Shown piece by piece: positions 35,884-48,604 of a stretch of 64,000 nucleotides of DNA (position 1 is the first letter of the stretch; the number at the start of each line of letters is the position of its first letter). The notes below the pieces were generated by a model, which worked only from the letters and a program-made list of their open reading frames with translations, did no database searches and was not told where the DNA came from. The translations under genes were made by a program, and so were the position numbers. The DNA comes from Folioceros fuciformis (taxonomy: Eukaryota). Where the stretch lies: assembly GCA_049999805.1 (NCBI GenBank), contig JBNGIO010006211.1, positions 1-64,000 on the forward strand. Reading direction: 5' to 3'.

Positions 35884-36992
35884 ATGGCGGTTGCTCTGCG
35901 CTGTGTGCAGCTGCCTGCGCTGCCCTCTGTGGCGCAGCAGAGGGGCTTGCCAGTGCAGCGTCTCAGAGTTTCATTGAATCTTTCACTGGGAGCTGCACCA
36001 ACTGTCTTTCCGCTGCAACATGTTTGCTGATTTCCTTTCTTCCCGACGTGGATGTCATTGCATTGTTGGATCATTTCTGCTGGCTAGCCTGCAGATGAGT
36101 CTGTGCTGTGCTTTGTCTCATATGCTGACCGTGGCCGGTTTGATAACGTGGGCATCTGTGTGGACAGGCTCCTGGGAGGGGAGTCCGAGTGGTGGCATCA
36201 GCTGCTGCGCCTCCATCGGCCCTTCCTGTTACATCGCCGTCGGTGCTGCTCAGACCTTCTGCTGCGGAGGCTGCGAGGACTGTGGTGGACATCGTGTCAG
36301 AAGGAACGTTGTGTACGCTGTCACAGGATGGGTGGCCCCTGGGCACAGCAGTGCGATTTGCTGTGGATCCTGAGGGTAATCCTGTCTTCCGTCTGGCTTC
36401 GGCTGCCCTGCATACCGGCCATGTCTTGGCCGAAAGCCGGTGCAGCCTCCATGTGCAATTGGAGCAACCTGGGAGGCAAAAGCCACAATGCACGTTGAAA
36501 GGGAAGATAAGTAAGGCAGATGCTTCGGATGTTATTAAGCTAAAGGTGGCGTGGGAAAGAAGATTTGGCACTGACAATAGCAGCGATGAGCTGTTCGTCC
36601 TAAATGTGGAGGAGCTTCTGCAGGCTCAGGATATTGGGGAGGCGGAAAACTGGGTTTCCGGGTCGGAGTATGCCCAAGCTGCTGCGGATCCCCTGAGAGA
36701 ATGTGCAGCAAGGATTGTTGAAGACATGAACAGGGAGCACTTTGAAGATGTTCTCCGGTTCTGCAATGTCTATGCTCGTGTTGCAGCGGAGGTGGCCCAA
36801 GTAAGCATAACATGGGTGGATAGGCTAGGGTTTGATCTTCAGGTATTGACCCGTGACCCGCAGGAAATCAGGGAGGTTAGAATACCATTCCCCAGGGAGG
36901 TTGTTGATGAGAGAGATGCTAGGTCTTCCCTCAATATGATGGCTCAGATGGCCTGGGAGCATGAGCGGAAGTACACCCCGCCAGACGTTTAG
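35884..36992 (+). CDS. GluTRBP: Glutamyl-tRNA reductase-binding protein, plastid (2 exons; intron 36022-36167)
   Basis: GTLCTLSQDGWPLG, LHVQLEQPG, DPLRECA, EDVLRFCNVY, WVDRLGFDL, EVRIPFPREV and MAQMAWEHE match GluTRBP/PGR7. Exon 1 is transit-peptide-like and splices in frame. Confidence 0.9.
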
Positions 36993-38384
36993 GTCACGCT
37001 TCATGGTGCAGGTGTTCCGAGATTTGACTGCCAGTTCAGTAGGCGTTCTGAACTATTGTGAAGGACATGTAGGCTTTTTCCAAAGGCACGTAGGCTGTGC
37101 AAAAAGCCGATAGTCTAGCAAATGTGTACACTGGATGACAAGGCAAGGTGCGGGCATTATTTGTGCGGAGAAACTCCAACTACTCTTATCTTCATCATGC
37201 CCACCTTCAAGGAGCCGCTGAACCTGCAGAAGAAGGGTGTGAGTTAGTTCAATACAATTGGGAATGCATGTGCTTGACGATTCTCAACCTCATGCGATTT
37301 ATCTTTGGGACATACGGCTCTACAATTCACATGGATGTTCAAGGCTTTTCTTCCAACTAGTGAGTACTGTCGGTTGCATTATCGTATTAGGACGTTGTGC
37401 AGTTCAAACAAGAGAAGCAGGTGTGTGCTTTGTCGCTTGTAGAGCAGCAGACAGAACCACTACGCTGTCACCCTAATTGGCCATCTAAGCAACCTGCAGT
37501 TCGGCTGTCGATAAAAGCTCATATTGTTTGTGCAAGATTCGCTACAGGCGGAGGATTTTTCAAATTTTGTGGTACACAGTTGTGCTGGTATCAAAATACA
37601 CCCTCAGATTCCATCCCACAATTTGGTTTGCACCCATAGGAATTTGGGGTAGAGGGGCTATTTCATGTCCCTCAAATAGAGTCTCCCAGGTGCAACCAAA
37701 GGCCCAGGCCGCAAGAAGTTACTTCAGAAGTCAGTTGGGCAGTGGGCAAAACAAAAACTTAGATGCCAGGATAGATGGTGGCCAAGATGATAAGGGCCGG
37801 GCGTCCTGCATGTAGGTGATAAGTAGTAGCCTTTGAGCCAGGAAATACTTGGTACTGAAGGTGGGTGATTCCAGCCTGGAGTCGTGGATCACCGAGGAGG
37901 AACAGAGTGTAAAGATAGAAGAAACCTTTGCCCCAATCAAGGGATTGTAATGCAGAATCAGTTTGTGATTCGTGGGTCTCTCCCCTGGTGGGTCTAGCTT
38001 TTCGAGGCAAACACTGTGAGGATAAAATGAATCAACACGTTTGATGGTCTCATATTCTGTTGGTTTCTGTTTGGTCCGAAAAAAATAGGCTTAATGTGCT
38101 AATAGCTCTTTCAACAAACAAATGGAATGAATACGACGGTTCACCATAAGCCGAATCCTAGAGTGACCGAACTGGCTTGAGCCTTAACTAAACGAGAGTT
38201 GTACTATACCTCATCAGGAGCCTCAGATCCTGAACTGGAGCACAGAGACCGGGCCTTGTCTTTCAACGAGTCCACTTGTTCTCTTCATCTAGATCTCGAA
38301 GAACTTGATGATTCTTGCTTGCTTCACAGCAAGCTGCTGCAAGTCAGCATTTGCTGGCTATCTTTTGCTTTCTTATTCCAGAAT

Positions 38385-39830
38385 AGGGTGGCATCTTTGG
38401 CACCTATTGCTAAGTACAATAGGACCATTTATCCTAGACTATGTACGGTGAGGTTTTTGGCACTTGTTATAAACAGTGATAGTTTTGCATGCTCTTATTC
38501 TAACCTCTGGCAACATGTTTAGCAACAATGGTTAGTACGCCCTATCATATTCCACACCCTAGCTACATGTTTGCCACCAATGATCAATACACCCTCTACC
38601 TGACAACCAAGAACATAAGAATGGCCATATCTTCATGCAATAACATCCTTGTTGCCAATAGCTAGTGCGCCCTTGCATGCTGGACAATGAGGAGCATAAG
38701 GATGGCCACATCTTGCTGCAATAACACCTTTGTTGCCAATGGCTAGTATGCCCTTTCATATTCTAGATTGTAGTTACATCGCCATCACTGGTGGCTAATG
38801 CACTGCCACATGGTGACAAAAAGCATAAAGAAGGCCAACATCTTCAGCACTAATAATTAGTACACCCTTTCATATTCTAGACCTAGGCTCCATCTTTGGC
38901 ATTGCAATGAGCATAATACTCTGGTGACATCTTTGCAAAGTACGCCCTTTTATATTGCATACTTAGGCTCCATTTTTGGCAGTAGCAATCAATCCTAGTA
39001 CTTTAGTGATATCTCTACATAGTATGTTCTTTCATAGTCCGGATCTAGGTTCTATTTTTGGCACCTGTGGTGAATCCTACACTAACACATCTAAGAGTCC
39101 AGACCTATGCTCCATCTTTGGCATTGCAATGAGCATAATACTCTGGTGACATCTTTGCAAAGTACACCCTTTAATATTGCATACCTAGGCTCCATTTTTG
39201 GCAGTAGCAATCAATCCTAGTACTTTAGCGACATCTCTACATAGTACGCCCTTTCATAGTCCAGATCTAGGTTCCATCTTTGGCACCTATGATGAATCCT
39301 ACACTAACACATTTAAGAGTCCAAACCTAGGCTCCATCTTTGGCACCAATGGTGAATACTACATTCTACATAGTACGCCCTTTCATAGTCCAGATCTAGG
39401 TTCCATCTTTGGCACCTATGATGAATCCTACACTAACACATCTAAGAGTCCAAACCTAGGCTCCATCTTGGGCACCAATGGTGAATACTACATTGACATA
39501 TCTAAGGCTTGCACTGTACGACCTCACACATTCAAAACCTAAGCTCCATCTTTGGCACCAGTGGTCATGGTCAATACTCTAGTGACATGCCTCAGATTGC
39601 TCAGCCTTTGTGGTCAATACTCTATCGACCTCTTTTGCTGTTGTGGTCAATAGTACCATTCATATCCAAACATCAATATGTAGCAGCTCATCAAGTACAT
39701 GAATTTCTACTATAGTACCATTCATATCCAAACATCTATCTATAGCAACTCATCAAGTACATGAATTTCTACTATAGTACCATTCATATCCAAACATCAA
39801 TCTGTCGCAACTCATCAACTACATGAATTT
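38385..39830. repeat. Complex degenerate satellite tract (~50-bp core, 129-bp higher-order duplication, 62-bp x3)
   Basis: Recurring TACGCCCTTTCATA...CTAGGCTCCATCTTTGGCACC. Near-exact 129-bp duplication at ~39238-39495; three 62-bp units at 39650-39830. Confidence 0.85.
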
Positions 39831-41092
39831 CTTCTCTCGGTAGAGAGGTACTAGCCCTTAACACTATCATGGAGAGGGACTAGCTCTCATGACTCCATGT
39901 CCTCTTGATCTTGCGGCTTTATATCCTCCCTCCATCCCACCCTAGAGTGTCATGTAGATGACCTATCTTTCTTTTCCTACTCAATACAAAATGGCTGTAC
40001 AGATTATCCCTTACGAAAAAACGAAATTAAGCCTTGACTGGAGGGAAAGCCTTTCGGGGTAGACGGGTGACCGGGCCACCGGCGCCTAGGCCCCGAAACC
40101 CCCACGATACCACTGAGGGAAGGGTCTACCATCGCTGGAGTCGCTGACGCCTAAAAGAGAGTGAAACGGGAGATTTTATGCCCTCAGAAAAGATTTGTTA
40201 GATATTAGATACTATTACGGCACTTGGATGGTGAATCGGTTCGGAAGATTCTAAGAAGGATCGCTCTGCCAACTCACGCCAGGTGGGAAAACGACGAGCG
40301 GCAGAACAAGAAACACTGGACCAACCTGCATTCGGCACAGATAGTACAAAATTGGTGGTACAGATGGGTGGATGCCCGTTTCATTGAATCTTCCGAACAG
40401 ATTCCAGCTAGTCTGGCAAGCCCGCCAAAGATGCACCTTGGTTATCTGGTCAGTACGCCAAAGGCCAGCAGCCCAGGTGCATCCCACCTGTGCTGGCACC
40501 TCTGCCCAAGCGCCTGCTTCTAGTCCTTCCTCGTCAGCTTCCCGCTGTCAGATACAGTGTACTTAACAGGAATCCAGATTAGCGCAAGATCCGCGAAGGT
40601 TCGACGCATCCACCCTCCTCCTACACAAGGCAAAATTGCATCCTCCGCTTAGACGTGAATCCGGGATCAGGGGAGGAGGCCACGAATCCGGAAGGCGTGG
40701 CTGACACTCCAGCTTTGTGGCATACAAAAGTGCCTAGGTACCTTTTATTATTCCATAATACGCCCTGTCAATGCTCTGAAAACACGAGGACCCAGAGAGA
40801 GATACAGTAGATACACTTGCTGCAGTGTTGCCACAATTGCAACCTTGGCAGTGGAGGGAGCAAGGTAGCTGACCTGCTCCGGAAAAGCAAGAATGATAGA
40901 CCCATGCAGGTGGAAGGCTATGTTCTTGCATCACTAAGGCCAGCGGCCAGGCTATAGTGATGGAAGAACCAAGTCTCACCTCATCTATCCGTGCAACTCC
41001 CGTTCCCCAATCTCATACCCATAGCCCATCGTCAAGACCTGGATATATATGTATCTTGGATATATACAAGTCAGGATGCAACCCAGGCTCAA

Positions 41093-43550
41093 TCAAGGCT
41101 TGTACTTCATAGTTGTTAAGTCGAAGCCTGGCATCTCCAGATTGCGGGCGAAGTCCTCCACTGCCTGCCTCAACTCCTGGATGGCTTTGTTGTTCTCGAT
41201 GCCTTTCACGAAGTCTTTCGGGAGTTTGCCATGCTCCCTCGAAATACTTCGAGATATCTGAACAGCTCTGTACAAGAAATCGGCGATCACTTCGAAGTCT
41301 TCCTCCGTGCAGCCTCTTGAAGTCATGGCCGGCGTTCCTGCAAAAACCGCACATGAGAAAGAGAGAGGGCATACTCAAGCATAACCAACTCCAGATAGGG
41401 ACTCTGGGTAACAGTGGGTGATCGCTTACCAAGCCGTACACCTCCAGGAGCGAAAGCACTACAGTCACCAAAGACCGCGTTCTTGTTCAAAGTTAGGTGG
41501 CAGGCTTCACAAACTTTCTCGTACAAGGTTCCTGGGTTGCAACATGAAGAGAAAAGTAAGGAAATACCCTCACACCAAGAGTTGCAGCCGGCAACATGAA
41601 GAGCAGAAAGAGGTCAGTACCGGTGAGACCAAAGCCACGCAAATCCCACAGTATGAGATGGTTGTCAGTTCCATCTGTGACCAGCCTGCAGTTCCTCGCA
41701 GTCAACGCGGAAGCCAGACTTTTCGCATTCTTCTTCACTTGCTGTATGTAAACTTTGTACTCGGGACTACTAGCCTGAAGAAGAGCTACCGCTAAAGCGG
41801 CTATGCAGTTGTTGTGCGGACCGCCCTGTAGCTGAGGGAAGACAGCAAAGTTGATCTTGTCTTCAAAATCATACTGCTGAGAGTCCTCGCCACCGTACAG
41901 ACTAAAAGCCCTCCTGGCGGGCTTGGGGCCTCTCCGGTAAAAAATGATACCGGCTCGAGGTCCCCTGAGTATCTTGTGCGTAGTGCTGGTCACCACGTCA
42001 CAGTATTCAAAAGGGTTGTTGCATTCCTACAGGTAGCGGCACCAAACACACATACACAAAACTCCAAATGAGTCGAGGGACCAGATGGGATGTGAGAGAA
42101 GAGAGGGATGCGGATGAAAGAGCTCAGCTTGCTTTACCTGAGCAGCAACCAGGCCTGAGATGTGCGCCATATCGCACATCAGGACAGCTCCGCACTTGTT
42201 TGCGATCGCACGGAACTTTGCGAAGTCCCACTCCCTCGGGTAGGCACTGCCCCCGCAGATGAGGATCTTGGGACGATAGTCCATGGCCTTCTCCTCCAGC
42301 TTCACGTAGTCGATATAGCCTGTCTGCGGGTGTACTTTGTAGGGGAAACTCTCGAAGAAGTTTGAAGCTACAGACACCTTCCTCCCACTCGAGGTGTAGT
42401 ACCCGTGGCTGAGATGCCCTCCCGAGCGAGAATCCAGCCCCATGATCCTGTCCTTGGGATGCAGCAAACCAGTGTAGACAGCGAAATTGGCCGACGTGCA
42501 GGAGTAGGGCTGCACATTCACGCCCCATTGCTCCGGATTCAGGTGGAAGGCCTGCAGGGCCCTCTCACAGCAGAGAGTCTCGATCTCGTCGATGAACTCG
42601 TTCCCCCCGTAGTACCTGGCAAAAGGCATGCCCTCTGAGTACTTGTTGGTGAGATGGCTCCCCAACGCCTCCATCACCGCCTGCGACACGAAGTTCTCCG
42701 ACGCAATGAGCTCTATCCCCCTCCACTGCCGGGCCTTCTCTCGCTCCATCAAGTCCCACAGGACAGGGTCCACAACAGACAGGGGCTGATTCCCCCAAGA
42801 CCTCACCTGCAGCCTCCTGGCATCCCACATCCCTTCAGACTGTGAATGCGGGTGCTCCTGCACCTGATGGAACGCGCCTGAGCCCGAGCCCTGCGCTACC
42901 CCGCCCGCCTGCGGCTGCAGCGCCGTCATCACCTTCTTGAAGGCCGCGCTGGCTTCGGAGCTCGGCTGCACCGACTGGAACGCCCCCTGCGACGTGGCCT
43001 GCGGCACCATCATCCGGTGCGGGCTCAACGGCGGCGTCCCACCTTGCATGTGAGCAGCCGGAGACCGAAACGAGCTCTCCCGCTGTAAACTACTCTCTTT
43101 CCGCTTCTTCGCCGCAGGGCCGCCCCCCAAATGACTGAAGCCGTGCTTNNNNNNNNNNNNNNNNNNNNNNNNNNNNNNNNNNNNNNNNNNNNNNNNNNNN
43201 NNNNNNNNNNNNNNNNNNNNNNNNNNNNNNNNNNNNNNNNNNNNNNNNNNNNNNNNNNNNNNNNNNNNNNNNNNNNNNNNNNNNNNNNNNNNNNNNNNNN
43301 NNNNNNNNNNNNNNNNNNNNNNNNNNNNNNNNNNNNNNNNNNNNNNNNNNNNNNNNNNNNNNNNNNNNNNNNNNNNNNNNNNNNNNNNNNNNNNNNNNNN
43401 NNNNNNNNNNNNNNNNNNNNNNNNNNNNNNNNNNNNNNNNNNNNNNNNNNNNNNNNNNNNNNNNNNNNNNNNNNNNNNNNNNNNNNNNNNNNNNNNNNNN
43501 NNNNNNNNNNNNNNNNNNNNNNNNNNNNNNNNNNNNNNNNNNNNNNNNAT
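41093..43550 (-). CDS. SHM7: Serine hydroxymethyltransferase, SHM6/SHM7 (nuclear) clade, at least 4 exons; 5' part in N-gap 43149-43548
   Basis: [14 protein letters not shown], clade signature [26 protein letters not shown] motif [10 protein letters not shown], and an N-terminal extension with KKRK. An in-frame AT-N at 43550 may be the start codon. Confidence 0.9.
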
Positions 43551-44899
43551 GCAAACTCTCCTCCTCGCCTTCTCTGTTCTCTGATCTTTTCTCGTCTTCT
43601 CCTTTCCTCTCCCGCTACTCTTACCCGAAACTCCTCCTCCAAGGATTTGGCCTACAACACCGGCAGCAGCAGGAAAACTCCGCAGTGGCAAAGCACACGA
43701 CTCCTCCGCAAGCGCGCCCGAGCACGAGCCGGAAATTCAACATCCTCGGGTAGAACTGCGCCGGGAAAACCTAATCCGGCAGGCCACGCCACGCTACGCC
43801 ACGCCACTCCGACGCCACGCCACGATCCAGCAGCCTAGCTCGCCGGAAAGAGAGCTCGTCCCGAGAGTTGCAGAGCGGAAGCGAGGCCGAGGAAGAGCTC
43901 GGTCACGAAACCCAGAGGCGAAGGGATGGAAAGAAAGGCAGAGTGCGAGGTCGAGAACGCAGGGCGCTGCGATTAGAGCAGAGCGCGGGCAGGCAGGTGC
44001 ATTCACTTCCAGCTAGCAGAAGCGGGAGCGAGGGACGAGGAACAAGGAACCAGGGACCCGGGGGGATGCACCTGGCCACCGGAAGACCGGTCAGTGCCCG
44101 GGGGACGGCGACCGGGCAGGGTTCGATGTACCCAGTCCCCAACTCGCGGCTACGTCGGCCCAACAAAATTGCGGTTGGCCCGGTTCGCTGCACCTGTAGC
44201 TGGGGCCACACCAACCTTATTGGCTGGCAAGATTCCCGAGCGAATCAAGAAACACATTTTGTCTCCAAATTTTGAATTTAGGCCGCAATTAACTCGTCAG
44301 CATGTGGACACACGTACCTGCCCGACCTCCTCCACTTTGCGCATCATGCATGCATCTCGTCCATGAGGCCGTGGACAGTGTGCTTACATGCAGATCATGG
44401 CTGGATGGGAGTTCCGGGACCCGTGACCGCCACTCCTCCTCACTTGTTAATGTGAACAGAGCTTGGCTTCCCGGAACGGGGGCCTCTGCTGGCGTACCGT
44501 TTTCCTTTCCGTCCCGTTAGGTGAGACAGCTGCGTTCACCGGTGTCTGCGTCCTAGAGGTCTGCCAGTTGCGACGTGCACATCGCGGCAGAGCAGGTGAT
44601 GGCAGCTTGGGAGCATATCCCTACGGCAAGAGGCAGGGAAGGGGAAAGGAAATTAGGATTAAGAATTGCCTTTTACAATCAGACGAAAGAGACAGAGCTT
44701 CTCACGCGAGCAGAGCTTCTCGGAAGCAACCCCTAGAAAAGCTGCAGCTGCAGCTGCAGCTACAGCTTTGCTAGCTACGGGTGATGAGTCCCTCAGCTCC
44801 TCTCCTCCATGGATTTGTGGATTACGGGAAGCAGGTTTTGTCCTTCCCTAGCTTCTGCCGCGGTTTCGGAAGCTATTTCTTGCACCGGCGCAGCATGTA

Positions 44900-45940
44900 A
44901 GCAGGGGAAGGATGTCCTGAGGGCGTCCGGGGTCAAGGTTTTGCTTTGCAGGTTTGATGATCCCAAGCCCTTGGCCAAGGGCTGGCAAGGGTTTCCACCT
45001 CTGATTAATTTCTTGACCTTAGCGATAACACAGGACATCGGCCTCTCCAGGATTCCATTCAGCCTGGATAGATCTGTGGAAACCTTCCTTTCACTGCATC
45101 TCGGATATCATAAGATGCTAACTAAGGCTGCTTCGGAGAGCACTGAGACAAGCCACTCACAGTATCCAGGAGTCGGTCTTCTCCTGCTACCTTCTTGGTT
45201 AGGGCTAGGCTATTAGTGCCCACCAATGGCTCGACAAGCATTGATTGTGTGTCTATGGACTTGCCCTGCAAGATACTTGCATCATTCAAGAGCTTTGGCA
45301 AAACGTTCGTAAACTTGTGCATTGTCCCTTACTATGAGGTTGCGCCAGTTTTTTTATCCTCTTCGATCTGACCTTTGTGGATCAATGCAACAAAAGTCAG
45401 CAATCGTCACTTTGGAAATGCTTCGAGATGAGCTTTGATCCTCCGGGTGGTCCCCAAGTTTGGTACACCAAGGTAGGCGTACGCACAATGAAATTGTGCC
45501 TCACAGCTCTTCTAAGGATGGCCTCCTTCCCCGTGGGATAACGTGTTTGCCACTGGGGTGCCGTACTCACAAGTTTGCAGAAAACACTTCTGGCGCGCGC
45601 CTTGATGAGCGGAGGAGACAGGCAGTCCAAGAAAAGAAAAGGGGGAGGATAGATATGTACAGCCTCCGCTGTCTATGGTTCAAAGTATTTGGCGAGAGGA
45701 GGAAGCAATTTGCCCAATGTTCGCAAGACTCAAGCTCAATTTGTTTGGGCTTGGACCACAGACAAAGCTCATGACAGATCCCTTGGAAAAATTCAGGCCT
45801 CAGGAGTAGCACCACCAATAGGGTAAACGGCGTCCAAGTTCAGGAAATCGTTGCTGGCATGAACCACAAGACTGCAAGAACAATGCAAGGAACATGGTAC
45901 GCGAGCCAATGCAAGGGCATAATGGCATAGCTCTAACAAC
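44900..45940 (-). mobile_element. Possible gypsy-type relic
   Basis: HKFTNVLPKLL...KSIDTQSML weakly resembles the pre-RT EFxDVFPxxL...IDHxI region. No intact ORF. Confidence 0.25.
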
Positions 45941-45942
45941 TC

Positions 45943-45961
45943 AACCCTAAACCCTAAACCC
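45943..45961 (+). promoter_or_regulatory. Tandem telo-box / telomere-like repeat ~370 bp upstream of RPS27
   Basis: AACCCTAAACCCTAAACCC. Telo-boxes are typical of plant ribosomal-protein promoters, but this may instead belong to the adjacent TE relic. Confidence 0.4.
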
Positions 45962-46327
45962 AACTCAAAATAGTAAGTATCCCCCTATAGTAACCAAAAA
46001 AATCTAAATAAGACACTATATGAAAAAAGTGCCTTAGGCTGGCAGAAAATATCCATGAAACATACAGCCGTGAATTGAGTGGTGTGCAGACTCTTTTAAA
46101 CAAGGTAGTTACCAAAACAAATACAGTATCTACACTAATAACATCATCAAATTAAATAATAGCTAAAATAGAAACATGATGAACCTTAGTATAAAAAGAG
46201 GCTTAGCATTTCTATGAGCAAGCACGCTCGATCTCTCTCTCGCGGCTGTGTAACTGGCATCCAGTGCCTCCCTCGTGCTAACGGCCTCTTCCTCCAGCTC
46301 GCAGAATAATTTGACGAGCAATCAAGA

Positions 46328-46990
46328 ATGGTACGCCTTGGCCCGCTCTCGCTCTGTCCCTTGGCTTGAATCCGTAGATGTGGCTTTTTGAAGTTGCATG
46401 CGAAGGTTTGGTTTCAAACGAGCCGACTTGTTTGTTGTCCGCCTGCTATGAGTTAAATGGGAGGTCCGTTTTTTTCGTGTGTGTATGAAGCGGTGCACTT
46501 GGTTTGGTGTCTAACGCCGGGTTGCAGGTGCTCTCTAATGATACTGACCTCTTGCATCCCCCGGCCAAGCTCGAGCAAAAGAAGCACAAGTTGAAACGTC
46601 TAGTCCAGACGCCAAACTCTTATTTTCTGGTTCGTCCCCTCGCTGTTGTTTAGCTCTGACCTAGGAGGCATGAACTTTGGCAAGCTTGGTTCTCTGTTTT
46701 ACGTTCTAATTCGTTTTTGTGATACCTCAGGATGTGAAGTGCCAAGGCTGTTACACGATGTAAGTCCAGATGCCTGCCTGACTAGCTTCGGGTTATTCTG
46801 CCTTGGTTCCAAACTCTGATTTGAATTGGGCTACTCACCGGCAGTTTGCTGTTTCCTCGGATGCAGCTCTACCGTCTTCAGCCACGCGACGACAGTTGTT
46901 GTTTGCTCCACCTGCGGATCCGTGCTTTGCCAGCCATCAGGCGGGAAGGCTCGTATAACCGAAGGATGCTCCATTAGAAGAAAGGAATAA
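46328..46990 (+). CDS. RPS27: 40S ribosomal protein S27 (eS27), 4 exons: 46328-46330, 46528-46629, 46731-46759, 46867-46990
   Basis: Spliced translation [85 protein letters not shown]. All introns GT-AG; C4 zinc ribbon intact. Confidence 0.93.
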
Positions 46991-47528
46991 ATTACCATGG
47001 CCGACGAGAATGGGGCCCTATCCGACAAATGGATAGGCCTGGGCTGGGCTGGGCAGTATGTAGTGGGATGTTAGAGCAACGAGGAGTGTAAAGGCCTATT
47101 TTAGGCGTCGGGAATCAAAATTTTGAGAGGTGTACTTCGTTTATTTTGCAAGGTTGAGCCTACCTATAACTTGGTATAGGTTTATTGTTACTACCTATGC
47201 CCAAGGGCTACTAATAGAGAGACTCCCAGCCATCAGAAAAAGGTCCCCAAGACCCGAACTTGTCCCTGGCTTGGGACATGGACATTGCGGGCATACAACG
47301 CCAACCGAGGCTGCGTCCGCGTCGGCAGCCAGTCCTCCTTCTGAGCCTATTCGCAGGCATTCACGATCGATTTCTCCTTGCTGCCGGTTTCGATTCCACA
47401 CGAGTCTTGCTCGTCGACAGCAGCCCCGGGTGCTGGCAAGTTCCTCTGAAACTTAATTCGCAACTGAAATCCTCTGATTCCCCATGCCATCTCTTCCGCT
47501 TCTGTGAGTCCGTTGAGCCGAGGCAGCC

Positions 47529-48604
47529 ATGGCGGTTGCTCTGCGCTGTTTGTAGCTGCCTGCGCTGCCCTCTGTGGCGCAGCAGAGGGGCCTGCCAGTG
47601 CAGCATCTCAGAGCTTCATTGAATCTTTCGCTGGGAGCTGCGCTAACTGTTCTTCCGCTGCAACACGTTCGTGGAACCCATTTGTTGATTTCGTTTCTTC
47701 CTCGAGTGGATTTTATCGCATTGTTGGGTCATTTCTGCTGGCTAGCCTGCAGATGAGTCTGTGCTGTGCTTTGTCTCATAACAGGTTCCTGGGAGGGGAG
47801 TCCAGGTGGTGGCACCAGCTACTGCAACTCCGTTGGCCCCACCTGTTACATCGCCGTCGGTGCTGCTCAGACCTTCCGCTGCGGAGCCTGCGAGGACTGT
47901 GGTGGACATCGAGTCTGAAGGAACGTTCTGCACGCTGTCACAGGATGGGTGGCCGCTACGCACAGCAGTGCGATGTGCTGTGGATCCTGAGGGGAATCCT
48001 GTGTTCACGTCTGGCTTCAATTGCTCTGCAGAACGGCCATGTCTTGGCCGAAAGCCGGTGCAGCCTCCATGTGCAATTGGAAACCTGGGAGACAAAAGCC
48101 ACAATTCTCGTTCAAAGCGAAGATAAGTAACACAGATGCTTCGGATGTTATGACGCTAAAGGTGGCATGGGAAAGAAGATTTGGCACTGTCAATATCAGT
48201 GATGAGCTGTTCGTCCTAATGTGGAGGAGCTTCTGCAGGCTCAGGATATTGGGGAGGCGGAAAATCGGGTATCCGGCCCGGGGTATGCTCAAGCTGCTGC
48301 GGACTCCTGACGGAATGTGCAGCAAGGATTGTTGGAGACTCATATGAACAGGGAGCACTTTGAAGATGTCCTCCGGTTCTGCAATGTCTATGCTCGTGTT
48401 GCGGCGGACGTGGCCCAGGTGAGCATAACATGGGTGGATAGGCTAGGGTTTGATCTTCAGGTATTGACCCGTGACCCGCAGGAAATCAGGGAGATAGGAA
48501 TAGAATTCCCCAGGGACGTTGATGAGAGATGCAGGTCTTCCATTAATCTGATGGCTCAGATGGCCTGGGAGCATGAGCGCAACTACATCCCGCCAGACGT
48601 TTAG
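47529..48604 (+). pseudogene. GluTRBP: Frameshifted duplicate of GluTRBP
   Basis: Colinear with 35884-36992 including the intron. Indels break the frame: +1 near 48007, -2 near 48081, -1 near 48218 and more near 48305-48345. Confidence 0.9.

Noticed and set aside
37600..38360. Protein-like minus-strand sequence shared with 49280-50010
   Set aside because: Both copies have stops and frameshifts and no family is recognisable; treated only as part of the duplication.
39198..39542. Repeat-encoded ORFs with TPFHI/TPFHS, ankyrin-like (also 51133-51663)
   Set aside because: The rest of the ankyrin consensus is missing, unit lengths vary and are often not multiples of 3, and starts are non-ATG or internal. 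These are translations of satellite DNA.
40050..40131. Inverted repeats TTTCGGGG/CCCCGAAA and GGTAGAC/GTCTACC as a possible ribozyme
   Set aside because: No CTGANGA hammerhead core; short stems in GC-rich sequence are expected by chance.
43025..43838. Long ORFs crossing the N-gap
   Set aside because: Open only because of Ns; only the SHMT frame is supported.
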